From contig JAOPTT010000002.1 of the NCBI GenBank assembly GCA_051531975.1, forward strand, positions 57,938 through 121,937: DNA of 64,000 nt, in the 5' to 3' direction. Of the stretch, positions 31,216 to 40,634 are shown one piece after another. The position numbers and the translations under genes were made by a program. Position 1 is the first letter of the stretch; each line of letters begins with the position of its first letter. Under the pieces are notes generated by a model. That model saw only the letters and a program-made list of their open reading frames with translations, made no database searches and had not been told where the DNA came from. This DNA is from Spirochaetaceae bacterium. Lineage in GTDB: Bacteria; Spirochaetota; Spirochaetia; DSM-2461.

Positions 31216-31855
31216 TTAGGCTACTAATTACTAGTTTTAGATCGTCCCAAACTGGGGCTCTAAGTGCTTCGTAGTTCTCTAATGCAACTTCTGGGTGGTA
31301 TGTATTTACTACAGGAATGCCTTTAAATAAGTGTACATGACCTCTTAAATGTTCTAAACCCTGGGTTGAATCGGTTAAAACCTGGGCAGGCCTCTCTCCT
31401 AGGGTTAAAATAACCTTTGGTTTAAGACGTTTTATCTCCTCTTCTAGGTGATTAAAACATGTGGAGATCTCCTCTTCTAGGTTATGAGCACCGTTAAAGC
31501 CCCGTTTATTCCAACCTGTTTTACACTTTAAAAGATTAGTTATGTAACAGTCTGCAAAGGCTGAGAGTTTTAAAGCACCAATCCACTTATTTAAAAACTC
31601 TCCACACTCACCAGCTAAGGGTGAATTCTCCTCTTCATCCTGGTTTATAGGCCATGTTCCAACTATTAAAAGTTGTGGATTATCAGAACCTTTACCATAA
31701 ACAATGCTATTTCTAATCAGATATAGGGGACAATCCCTACACTCTGTATCTTTTTTATCAGTTGCTAGATTAAATTCTGGTACTGGATGTTCTTCTTTGT
31801 AACCATAGTTAATTTTATCTTCTACTAAGTTTAATAAATCCCAAAATTCTTTCAT
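31208..31855 (-). CDS. Uracil-DNA glycosylase family 4-like protein (degenerate motif A)
   Basis: CxxCxL, TNLLKC, C..HL, TYHP; GEAPG is replaced by GTWPI. Confidence 0.82.
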   Translation of the reverse strand: MKEFWDLLNLVEDKINYGYKEEHPVPEFNLATDKKDTECRDCPLYLIRNSIVYGKGSDNPQLLIVGTWPINQDEEENSPLAGECGEFLNKWIGALKLSAFADCYITNLLKCKTGWNKRGFNGAHNLEEEISTCFNHLEEEIKRLKPKVILTLGERPAQVLTDSTQGLEHLRGHVHLFKGIPVVNTYHPEVALENYEALRAPVWDDLKLVISSLNG

Positions 31856-32595
31856 GCTGGGTATTCTACCTTATTAAGGAAAAGACCTCTAGCAGGAGCT
31901 GTAGTTCCAACTAAACTTCTGTCTTTAGATTCTAAAATCTTTTTTAACTGCTGTGGAGTTTGGTTTTTCCATGCCATATCTAACAATGTTCCTGTAACCG
32001 AACGTACCATACGTTGTAAAAAGGCGTTTCCACATATTTTAAAAACTATAAACTCACCTTCTGGGTAGAATATAGCACTATAAATTGTTCTTATTTTTGT
32101 TGGAGCTTGATCCCCTGCTGCTGCAAAAGTAGTAAAATCGTGTTCACCTATTAGCTCTCTTGCTAATTCGTTTAACAGTTTAAGATCTAGTGGTTTCCGA
32201 ACTAAATAACAAAAATCCCTATAACGTGGGTGACCTACACTGCCTAATTTTAGATAATATTTATATGTTCTTCTATATGCAAGGAACCTGGAGTGAAATG
32301 TTAAATCCACCTCCTTACTACTTGTAATTCTAATGTCTAAGGGTAGTAGAGAGTTTATAGCCTTTCTATAATTTTCTGCTGGAATAGAGTCTATATCAGA
32401 TAAAAAGTTAACTACCTGCATATCGGCATGTACTCCACTATCTGTTCTACCGGAACCTATAATATCCACATGTTTTTTATGCATTTTGCTAAGGGCGTCT
32501 TCGATTACCCCCTGTACAGTTGTTTCATTTGGCTGAATTTGCCACCCACAATAGTTTTTACCATCGTAGGCTATATCCAGTCTAATATTACGCAT
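31852..32595 (-). CDS. truA: tRNA pseudouridine(38-40) synthase
   Basis: YDG..Y.GWQ.Q, GSGRTDSGVHA, FHSRF, AFLQRMVR. Confidence 0.97.
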   Translation of the reverse strand: MRNIRLDIAYDGKNYCGWQIQPNETTVQGVIEDALSKMHKKHVDIIGSGRTDSGVHADMQVVNFLSDIDSIPAENYRKAINSLLPLDIRITSSKEVDLTFHSRFLAYRRTYKYYLKLGSVGHPRYRDFCYLVRKPLDLKLLNELARELIGEHDFTTFAAAGDQAPTKIRTIYSAIFYPEGEFIVFKICGNAFLQRMVRSVTGTLLDMAWKNQTPQQLKKILESKDRSLVGTTAPARGLFLNKVEYPA

Positions 32596-33460
32596 TAAGT
32601 TCTTCCTCTAATGTTTTTAATTCATTTTTAATTTGGCTATGCAGATCTCTTGCATTTTCTACAAAGTCAGATGGTTTTGATTTTGAAGATTTACCCATAC
32701 CTACAATTCTAGATATTGTTATTTTAGCACTACCTAAGGATTTTAATCTGGCTTTTTTATTATCTTTAGGGCCATATTTATACTCTAAAAGTCCTGCTAA
32801 AAACAGAGCTCCATCGTAACCGTGGTTATGGTCTATATCTGGGCCAAAGTTTGGTATATCTTCGTAGAATTCCCTCTCATCAGCTTCAGCTAATACAACT
32901 TCGGTGTAAAAAAACTGGGCTTTTCTGTAAAAGATACCACTTAGGTAATCAAAGTTTTCACCTGGATCATTTAGGTGGTAGTCGTGACATAACCAGGCGG
33001 CTCTTAGGGCACTTAAGCCCTGTCTAAAAAGAGGCTGATGGCTATGTTCCATTTTATCGTAGCACATTATTGCTAATATATAACTTAGGATACCTTCTTG
33101 TATTGTTCTATTTTGGTTAAATTTATACCTTGGAAAGAGGTTTTTTGCTTCACCTTTCCTCTCTGCTTTAGAGTCTGCTAGCTTATGTACTGCCTCTGTG
33201 GATATATTCTCAAAGTCTGATAAATAAGCTGAATATAGGCACTCGGGACAAACTGCTACAGTATATATTAAAGGGTGAACATCTCCATATTTTATGGTTG
33301 GGATATAGAGTCTGTGTAACTCCTCTGTTAAATTCCCGGCATTCATCCGTCCACCACCACTTAGTAGTTCCTCTTTAGCAAAAGAGTGACTACAAACAGG
33401 GCACACTGTATTGTTTTTTGCATAAAAACTGATTTTACCTTTTTTTACTTCATCTGACAC
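32588..33460 (-). CDS. DUF2225 family protein (two CxxC)
   Basis: CPVC...CPEC, LRAAW; conserved spirochaete position between acpS and truA; GTG start. Confidence 0.8.
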   Translation of the reverse strand: MSDEVKKGKISFYAKNNTVCPVCSHSFAKEELLSGGGRMNAGNLTEELHRLYIPTIKYGDVHPLIYTVAVCPECLYSAYLSDFENISTEAVHKLADSKAERKGEAKNLFPRYKFNQNRTIQEGILSYILAIMCYDKMEHSHQPLFRQGLSALRAAWLCHDYHLNDPGENFDYLSGIFYRKAQFFYTEVVLAEADEREFYEDIPNFGPDIDHNHGYDGALFLAGLLEYKYGPKDNKKARLKSLGSAKITISRIVGMGKSSKSKPSDFVENARDLHSQIKNELKTLEEELNA

Positions 33461-33835
33461 TTAGGCCTCCAATATAACTTGGGCTATGGCATACTCTTTT
33501 TCGTGGCTTATAGAAAGGTGTATGCTCCATTTCTCTGCCATTAAGTCTAGTTTATCTTTAACCTTCTGATTAGGTTCTATATGAGGTTTTCCATTAGAAT
33601 CGTTAATAACTGTGATATCTTTAGAGTTAAATCCGTTAAAACCTGTTCCTAGGGCTTTATAAAAGGCCTCTCTTGCAGCAAATCGACCTGCTAAACTCTG
33701 GGCAGCACCAACTCCCCTGCTTTTTACATACTCTATTTCGGAAGTATTAAAAAACTTATCTAAAAAACTTTGGTTATTTATTAACTTTTTAAATCTGGAT
33801 ATTTTTGTTAAATCTATACCTGTACCTAATATCAA
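33461..33835 (-). CDS. acpS: Holo-[acyl-carrier-protein] synthase
   Basis: GTGID, AGRFAAREAFYKALGTG, GKP, SISHE. Confidence 0.96.
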   Translation of the reverse strand: MILGTGIDLTKISRFKKLINNQSFLDKFFNTSEIEYVKSRGVGAAQSLAGRFAAREAFYKALGTGFNGFNSKDITVINDSNGKPHIEPNQKVKDKLDLMAEKWSIHLSISHEKEYAIAQVILEA

Positions 33836-34776
33836 TTAGAGGCTCCTGTTTTCCTTTTAACCACTATAGTTACAATATCTACAGATTTATCGTATACATG
33901 GGCGTATTTAGGAGTCCAATATGTTAATGGAACATCGTAAATCCCTGGGGCTGTTATATCTGATAGGTATAGGGTTAGGGATATATTACTTTTTGTAAAG
34001 TTTTGCAGACTCAGTAATTTACCCTCAACGTTTACACTAACCTGGGGAAGTTCGCTGGTTACTTCTAAACTTGCTGATAACTCTTTAATAGCGATATTTA
34101 CATTTTCTAGAATCTTAATTGAACTTGTCTCTGTTATTATACCCTGAAAATCTACAAATTCACCTTCGGGAAATGATAACCTGGAATCAGACCGGCTTAA
34201 TTTAACTCTAGTGGTAAAATCTGTATCCTTACCTGTAACATCCACGGGCTCTGTCTGTATGGTTTCTAAATCCTGTAAGTGGCTTTTAGGCCCGGTTACA
34301 CTAATAACTTTAGGATGAACAAAACGACTACTAATTTCATAACCATGGGCAGGGATTCCAGTAATAATACTCTCGACCCTTAGATATTTAGTCATTTTTT
34401 GCTCTATTACTGCGGTAATAAATATAGGACTAACTGTAATTTCTACATTTTGTGTCTGACCAAATACTTTTTCTTGTCTTATTAATATAGGTAACTGATA
34501 GGTTCCATCTTCAACAATATCGCTTGCATCTATATACGCTATAATATCGCTTATTGGTACTTTCTGAATCTCAGACTCTTCACCTTTTAATATAAGTGTA
34601 ACCCGCTCTGGTAGTGGATTTGTAAAGGTATAATTATTATTTGTAATAGCTTCTAAAAAGACTACAACAGGTTCCTCTTTTAGAGCATTAGCCCTAGTAA
34701 AAAACACTAATAACATAGCTATTATTAGACAGAGAACCTTAACATGCCAATTATGAAGTATTCTAGTTATTCTCAT
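33832..34776 (-). CDS. cdaR: CdaR/YbbR-domain regulator of diadenylate cyclase
   Basis: HNW..K N-terminal TM, repeated YbbR-like beta domains, directly downstream of cdaA. Confidence 0.85.
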   Translation of the reverse strand: MRITRILHNWHVKVLCLIIAMLLVFFTRANALKEEPVVVFLEAITNNNYTFTNPLPERVTLILKGEESEIQKVPISDIIAYIDASDIVEDGTYQLPILIRQEKVFGQTQNVEITVSPIFITAVIEQKMTKYLRVESIITGIPAHGYEISSRFVHPKVISVTGPKSHLQDLETIQTEPVDVTGKDTDFTTRVKLSRSDSRLSFPEGEFVDFQGIITETSSIKILENVNIAIKELSASLEVTSELPQVSVNVEGKLLSLQNFTKSNISLTLYLSDITAPGIYDVPLTYWTPKYAHVYDKSVDIVTIVVKRKTGASN

Positions 34777-35573
34777 ACTAGTCCTCCATCAACATCGATA
34801 GACCCGGAACTTTGTATCTTATTAATAATAGAGGTAACTTCGTCTACTGGAAGGTTGTAATAGATATTTGAATCGTATGCAATAGATAGTGCTCCAGTCT
34901 CCTCGGAGGCTATTAAAACAATAGAGTCTGATTCTTCTGATAGACCTAAAGCAGCTCTGTGCCTTGTTCCAAAACTCTGTTTTATATCATCCTGTTTAGA
35001 TAGAGGTAAAAAACAACCTGCTGCAATTATTTTATTCCCACCTATAACAATTGCTCCGTCATGTAGTGGGGTATCGTATTCAAATAGGGATATTATTAGG
35101 GACGCTGTAACATCTGCATTAATTGTTGTTCCTGTCTCTATTATGCCTTTTAAATTCATGGATCTTGAAAATACTATTAAAGCACCTCGCCTTCTATCGG
35201 CTAAGATATGGGCTGCAGATACTGCACTTTCTACATTATTAGACGATACCCTAGCTCTTAAATTAAAAAGACCACTAATACCTATTTTATTAAAAATCTT
35301 TCTTAGTTCTGGTTGAAAAACTACAACAATTGCCATCATGATTACCTGGGTTAGGTTTCTCATAACCCATAAAACTGTATCTATTTGAAACATTAATGCA
35401 AATAGAAATAGTAAAAACATAGATAACATACCTTTTACAAGGTGGACTGTTTTTGTCTGTACGAGGATTTTATATACTTGGTATAAAATAAATGTAATTA
35501 TTGCTATGTCTATTAGAGGTCTTAAAACATCTTTGATAAACCAATAGTCAATAATCCAGTTTAAATAATTCAT
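34773..35573 (-). CDS. cdaA: Diadenylate cyclase (membrane-bound CdaA/DacA)
   Basis: 3 TM, FQPELR, LHDGA, GTRHRAA, SEETG. Confidence 0.96.
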   Translation of the reverse strand: MNYLNWIIDYWFIKDVLRPLIDIAIITFILYQVYKILVQTKTVHLVKGMLSMFLLFLFALMFQIDTVLWVMRNLTQVIMMAIVVVFQPELRKIFNKIGISGLFNLRARVSSNNVESAVSAAHILADRRRGALIVFSRSMNLKGIIETGTTINADVTASLIISLFEYDTPLHDGAIVIGGNKIIAAGCFLPLSKQDDIKQSFGTRHRAALGLSEESDSIVLIASEETGALSIAYDSNIYYNLPVDEVTSIINKIQSSGSIDVDGGLV

Positions 35574-36871
35574 TATTCCTCTGTAAGTTCCCCTTTCACT
35601 TTAAAATCATTAGCCCTAACCAGCTTCTTTGCCAGTAATTTAGATAATAATATTGCGTAATGTGGGTACTTTTTAATTGCATTAATATATGAGTTTCTAG
35701 ATATCTTTAGAAGTTTACCTGGGCAGTTTGCATATACAGTTGCACTTCGGTGATTTTGCAGTAAAAATGCCATTTCACCCATAAATACATCCGAGGGTGT
35801 AATTCTTCCAACTAGAACCTCTTCTACATAAACGTCGTAGGTTCCAGCAATAATATAGTATAAAAAGTCACCTATTTCATCTTCCTGGAATACTAGGTCA
35901 CCTTTATTTAGGTTTAGAACCTCTTCGTTACCAAAACCTTCTGGAGTATCTTTATGTATACTAACTTCGTTATCAAAAACTAGTTTTAGTCTATTACCTT
36001 TTTTATTGTACCGGATCTCTTTAGCAATTTTTACAGCCATTTTAATTCCACGGCCATGTAGTGCCATTGAACCTTCAGCTTCTATTCGGGCTTTTAATTT
36101 ATCAACATCAAATCCCTCACCTTCGTCACGGATTACAAAAATGGTCTCGTCATTATTTACAGACCACTCAAAATATACACGTTTTCTTGCTACAGCTGGA
36201 TCTTTACACTTATGGGCAATTAGATCCACAATATTTAGACCTTTTTCTAAGAACTCAGACTTTTCATCGTATGATATTCCACAGTTACCATGTTCTATAC
36301 CGTTTACTATCATCTCTGATAAAACTAGTTGTAGGAACATTTTTCTTTCAGAAGATATTACACCTCTCTGACTTAGTGCTGTAGTTATAATACTTGAATA
36401 TATTGATGCTATAAATACATCGGACTCTATTAAAAATGTACCAGAAGCATTTTCCATTAAGTTATCGATTAGAACTTTTTGGAATATTATATGTCTCTCA
36501 CGGCTAATAATATCAATACTTTTAATTAGATGAGATCTTAATCTTCTCTGGTTCATCATAACCATTATATTAACGTCTGAGTATTTTTTTAATAGTTCCT
36601 CTTCGTTATCTTTGTCATTATAAATTCCGATAATACCAAAACTATGTAACCAGGAGTCCTCCTGAATTTTATGTACAACCGTCTTGATAAGTGCTTCGCT
36701 TGTATCTGAGAAGTTTATAATTATAATCTCAGAGAGTTCATAATCTAGGAAGTCTGAAACACCATCCTTGTTATCTAAGTGTAAAACTTCAAAATTATCG
36801 CTTGTATTAAATAGTTCAGATACGCTTTCTTGTAACTCTATATCACTATTTATAAAACCAACTGCACCCAT
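35573..36871 (-). CDS. Signalling protein: HATPase_c (anti-sigma kinase-like) plus C-terminal cNMP-binding domain
   Basis: EMIVNGIEHGN, IRDEGEGFD, HGRGI; FMGEMAFL...RSATV.A. Confidence 0.82.
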   Translation of the reverse strand: MGAVGFINSDIELQESVSELFNTSDNFEVLHLDNKDGVSDFLDYELSEIIIINFSDTSEALIKTVVHKIQEDSWLHSFGIIGIYNDKDNEEELLKKYSDVNIMVMMNQRRLRSHLIKSIDIISRERHIIFQKVLIDNLMENASGTFLIESDVFIASIYSSIITTALSQRGVISSERKMFLQLVLSEMIVNGIEHGNCGISYDEKSEFLEKGLNIVDLIAHKCKDPAVARKRVYFEWSVNNDETIFVIRDEGEGFDVDKLKARIEAEGSMALHGRGIKMAVKIAKEIRYNKKGNRLKLVFDNEVSIHKDTPEGFGNEEVLNLNKGDLVFQEDEIGDFLYYIIAGTYDVYVEEVLVGRITPSDVFMGEMAFLLQNHRSATVYANCPGKLLKISRNSYINAIKKYPHYAILLSKLLAKKLVRANDFKVKGELTEE

Positions 36872-38790
36872 TATGACCTCTTTGTTTTAATAAATTTTGC
36901 CGATGTAAACTCTTTTGGACTAAGTCTTACCCCACGAGCTTTAACACCTTTAATTAGATAGTTATTAACATCGTAATTATCATCTGCTACCCGTATTAAT
37001 CTTTTTTGTTTAAAATCTACTGTTACAGATATATCCTGTTTAGTAGACATCTTAATAAGTTTACCACCCTCTGGTATTAAGTGGTCGTAATCTTTATCTA
37101 ATATAAACTTCTCTATTTTACACCGTTTTAGATAAACACAGTTCTCAGGACTTTTATATAAAATATTAAAAACTATACTTTCCATGATTTTGGTATCAGC
37201 TAAACCTATATAATGTATTCCTTTGCCTAAAAATAGCTTGTCCTGAACATTAGTCACGTAGTAGTTAGTATCTTTTTTAATAATAACTACTCTATCGTAT
37301 TCAGAAACATCGCAGATAATATCCCCAGTTGTTACACCGGTTCCTAGATATCCACTCTCTTTGTCGTATCTTAGTTTAAGATTTCGAACAGCAGCTTCCC
37401 TTACATCTGTTTTATTAAAAGATATAATTTCTGACTGTCTTTCAAAGTGCTTAGACCGTTTTTCCAGAATACCATCAATAAATCCTATAGCATAGGATAT
37501 AATGTTTTTTAAGTGGAAATTTATCTCTTTTATACGGTCTTTAATCTCTTTCATCTCTTTTTGTACTTTGTTTATATCGTACAAAGATATTCTTCTAATA
37601 GGTATCTTTAATAGTCTCTCTATATCTTCTTCTGTAATCTCTCTTTTTATCTTATCCATAAAGGGAATAAAACCGTTTTGAACAGCTGTAACAACACCGG
37701 CTCTGGTTTTTTGTTCCTCTATAAACTTGTAGATTCTCTCTTCTATAAATATCTGCTCTAGAGTTCTAGCATGTAACCTGTCTTGTAGGTTTCTTTTTTC
37801 ATTTTCAAGTTCTTGTTTTAAGATAGAGACTAACTGTTTAGCGTGGTGCTCAATAACCTGTGTCAGTGTCATAATTACAGGCATACCCTTGTTAATTAAC
37901 AGAAGGTTTACACTAATAGATGATTCACAGTCTGTAAAAGCATATAAAGCGTCTTCTACATCCTTTGAATGAACACCTCTAGGTAGTTTAATCTCGATTT
38001 CTACATTCTCAGTTGTAAAGTCGTTAATAGCTCCAATTTTTATCTTATTCTTTTTAGAAGCGGCCTCAATAGAGTCCATGATACCCTCGGTTGTACAACC
38101 AAAAGGTAACTCTGTTATTATAATTTTTTTAGGGTCAGATACATCTAACTTAGCTCTAACTAAAACCTTACCAAGTCCGTCTTCGTAGTTTGTTACATCT
38201 ACAAAACCACCTGTAGGGAAGTCTGGGAAAAGCTGAAATGGTTCCCCTTCTAGACATTTTTTCTCCGCTTCTAATACCTCTATTAAGTTATGAGGAAGTA
38301 TTTTTGTAGACATTCCTACGGCAATACCCTCAACACCCTGAATAATAGCTAGTGGAATTTTACATGGGAAGGTTACTGGTTCTCTTTTTCTACCGTCGTA
38401 ACTATCTTCGTATGTTGTTAACTCCGGGTTGTAAAAGATCTCTTTTGCAAAAGGCTGAAGTCTACACTCAATATATCTTGCTGCAGATGCTGGGTCTCCA
38501 GTAAATATATTACCAAAGTTTCCCTGTTTATCTATAAGTAGCTCTTTATTTGCTAGGTATACTAAAGCTCCACCAATAGATGCGTCTCCATGTGGGTGAT
38601 ACTGCATAGTGTGACCAATAATATTGGCTACTTTATGGAACTTTCCATCATCTTTTTCTATTAAAGAGTGGATAATTCTCCGTTGTACCGGTTTTAAACC
38701 ATCTTCTAAGTGGGGTATGGCTCTATCTTTTACAACATAGGATGCATACTCTATATAATTCTTTTCGAATACTTTTTGTACATATGCCAT
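36871..38790 (-). CDS. parC: DNA topoisomerase IV subunit A (short spirochaete type)
   Basis: DGLKPVQRR, HPHGD, AARY catalytic Tyr, GIAVGM. Confidence 0.92.
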   Translation of the reverse strand: MAYVQKVFEKNYIEYASYVVKDRAIPHLEDGLKPVQRRIIHSLIEKDDGKFHKVANIIGHTMQYHPHGDASIGGALVYLANKELLIDKQGNFGNIFTGDPASAARYIECRLQPFAKEIFYNPELTTYEDSYDGRKREPVTFPCKIPLAIIQGVEGIAVGMSTKILPHNLIEVLEAEKKCLEGEPFQLFPDFPTGGFVDVTNYEDGLGKVLVRAKLDVSDPKKIIITELPFGCTTEGIMDSIEAASKKNKIKIGAINDFTTENVEIEIKLPRGVHSKDVEDALYAFTDCESSISVNLLLINKGMPVIMTLTQVIEHHAKQLVSILKQELENEKRNLQDRLHARTLEQIFIEERIYKFIEEQKTRAGVVTAVQNGFIPFMDKIKREITEEDIERLLKIPIRRISLYDINKVQKEMKEIKDRIKEINFHLKNIISYAIGFIDGILEKRSKHFERQSEIISFNKTDVREAAVRNLKLRYDKESGYLGTGVTTGDIICDVSEYDRVVIIKKDTNYYVTNVQDKLFLGKGIHYIGLADTKIMESIVFNILYKSPENCVYLKRCKIEKFILDKDYDHLIPEGGKLIKMSTKQDISVTVDFKQKRLIRVADDNYDVNNYLIKGVKARGVRLSPKEFTSAKFIKTKRS

Positions 38791-40595
38791 TAGATTAGGT
38801 TCTCCATAATATAGTCTCTACGTTGTGGTGTATTTTTACCCATATAAAACTCTAGGGTTTCTGGTATAGATTTTAAGGATTTAACCAATACTGGTACTAA
38901 TTTTATATCATCTCCAATAAATTGACCAAACTCTTTAGGGGATATCTCTCCAAGTCCCTTAAAACGGGTAACTTCTGGGCTTGATATCTTTTTAAGTGCG
39001 ACATCCCGTTCTTTCTCGGAATAACAGTAGCTAGTAACTTTTTTATTTCGAACCCTAAATAGTGGGGTTTCTAATATAAAGATCTTCTCAGCTACTACTA
39101 GTTCCTCAAAATAGGATAAAAAGAAGGTTAATAGTAGGTTTCTAATGTGGAAACCATCGTAGTCCGCATCGGTTGCTATAATTATTTTACTATAACGTAG
39201 ATTATCAATATCGTTCTCTATTCCTAGAGCCATCATCATATTAAATAGCTCTTCGTTTTTATATATTGCTGCTCGGCCCTTACCAAATAGGTTTTGGGGT
39301 TTACCTTTCAGACTAAAAATTGCCTGTTTATATACGTCTCTACAAGAAACCATAGAACCAGATGCTGACTGACCCTCTGTAATAAAGATCATGGTGCCTT
39401 CACCCTTCTCTCCATCTTGCAGATGATTTTTACAATCCTTTAACTTTGGTATTTTAATAGATATCTTTTTAGCTGCGGCCTTTGCCTCTTTTTTAACAGC
39501 GTTTAACTCTTTTCTTAGTTTCTCGTTATTTAATATTTTTTCTAATAAAGCATCAGCCGCTGGTGTATTTTTATGTAAAAAGTCAACAATTCCTGACTTT
39601 ACTTCACCAACAATCCAGGCTCTAATATCTGAGTTTCCTAGTTTATTTTTTGTTTGACTCTCAAATACTGGGTCTTTTACTTTAACTGCTACAGCCCCTG
39701 CAATACCGTCTCGAATATCTACACCGGAGAATGCTTTTTTATAAAAGTCATTAACACCTTTTAAAAGTCCTTCTCTAAAAGCACTTAAGTGGCTTCCTCC
39801 GTCTGAGGTAAATTGACCATTTACAAAACTAAAATATGTCTCTCCATAGTTATGTGTATGGGTAAAAGCAAACTCTATTTTATTCCCAGTACAATAACCA
39901 ATTTCGTATAGAGTATCGTCTCCAACTTCTGAGTGCAGAAGATCTTCTAGACCATGTTTTGATTCAAATTTTTGTTTATTAAAATATAACCGCAGTCCTT
40001 TATTTAGGCAGGCGTAGTTCCAGGCTCTCTGTTCTATATATTCAAAGGTATATTCCCAATCTCCAAATATTTCTGTATCTGGTAAGAATTCGAAGTATGT
40101 TCCATTTTTCTCGTCTGGGGCACTTCCCTTCTTCTCTGAGATTAAAACTCCACGGCTAAATATTGCTTCTGCGTATTTCCCTTCTCGGTAAGATCTAACT
40201 AAAAAGTGCTGAGATAGAGCATTTACAGCTTTTGTACCAACACCGTTTAATCCAACTGAGTATTGGAATACATCACTGTCGTATTTTGCACCTGTATTAA
40301 TAATAGAAACACAGTCAATTATTTTACCTAAAGGTATTCCACGACCGTAGTCACGGCATATTACAAACCCTTTTTCATCTATATCAAAATTAATTCTGGA
40401 ACCGTGTCCCATTATAAATTCATCTATTGAGTTATCTATAATTTCTTTTAGTAGTATGTAAATACCATCGTTTTGGTTAGATCCGTCTCCTAACCTACCA
40501 ATATACATACCAGAACGTAGTCTAATATGCTCTAAAGGACTAAGAGTTTGAATTTTACTCTCGTCGTAAACGTGTTTGTTTGAGTTTTCTGCCAT
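38790..40595 (-). CDS. parE: DNA topoisomerase IV subunit B
   Basis: EIIDNSIDE, DYGRGIP, GLNGVG, TEGQSA, TDADYDG.HI, RFKGLGE. Confidence 0.93.
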   Translation of the reverse strand: MAENSNKHVYDESKIQTLSPLEHIRLRSGMYIGRLGDGSNQNDGIYILLKEIIDNSIDEFIMGHGSRINFDIDEKGFVICRDYGRGIPLGKIIDCVSIINTGAKYDSDVFQYSVGLNGVGTKAVNALSQHFLVRSYREGKYAEAIFSRGVLISEKKGSAPDEKNGTYFEFLPDTEIFGDWEYTFEYIEQRAWNYACLNKGLRLYFNKQKFESKHGLEDLLHSEVGDDTLYEIGYCTGNKIEFAFTHTHNYGETYFSFVNGQFTSDGGSHLSAFREGLLKGVNDFYKKAFSGVDIRDGIAGAVAVKVKDPVFESQTKNKLGNSDIRAWIVGEVKSGIVDFLHKNTPAADALLEKILNNEKLRKELNAVKKEAKAAAKKISIKIPKLKDCKNHLQDGEKGEGTMIFITEGQSASGSMVSCRDVYKQAIFSLKGKPQNLFGKGRAAIYKNEELFNMMMALGIENDIDNLRYSKIIIATDADYDGFHIRNLLLTFFLSYFEELVVAEKIFILETPLFRVRNKKVTSYCYSEKERDVALKKISSPEVTRFKGLGEISPKEFGQFIGDDIKLVPVLVKSLKSIPETLEFYMGKNTPQRRDYIMENLI

Positions 40596-40602
40596 ATTAA
40601 AA

Positions 40603-40631
40603 ATAATACAGATAGAAACCTATTTTGTACA
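40603..40631 (-). promoter_or_regulatory. Putative parE promoter (leaderless arrangement)
   Basis: TGTACA(40631-26)-17-TATTAT(40608-03)-7nt-ATG; no SD. Confidence 0.45.
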
Positions 40632-40634
40632 GTA

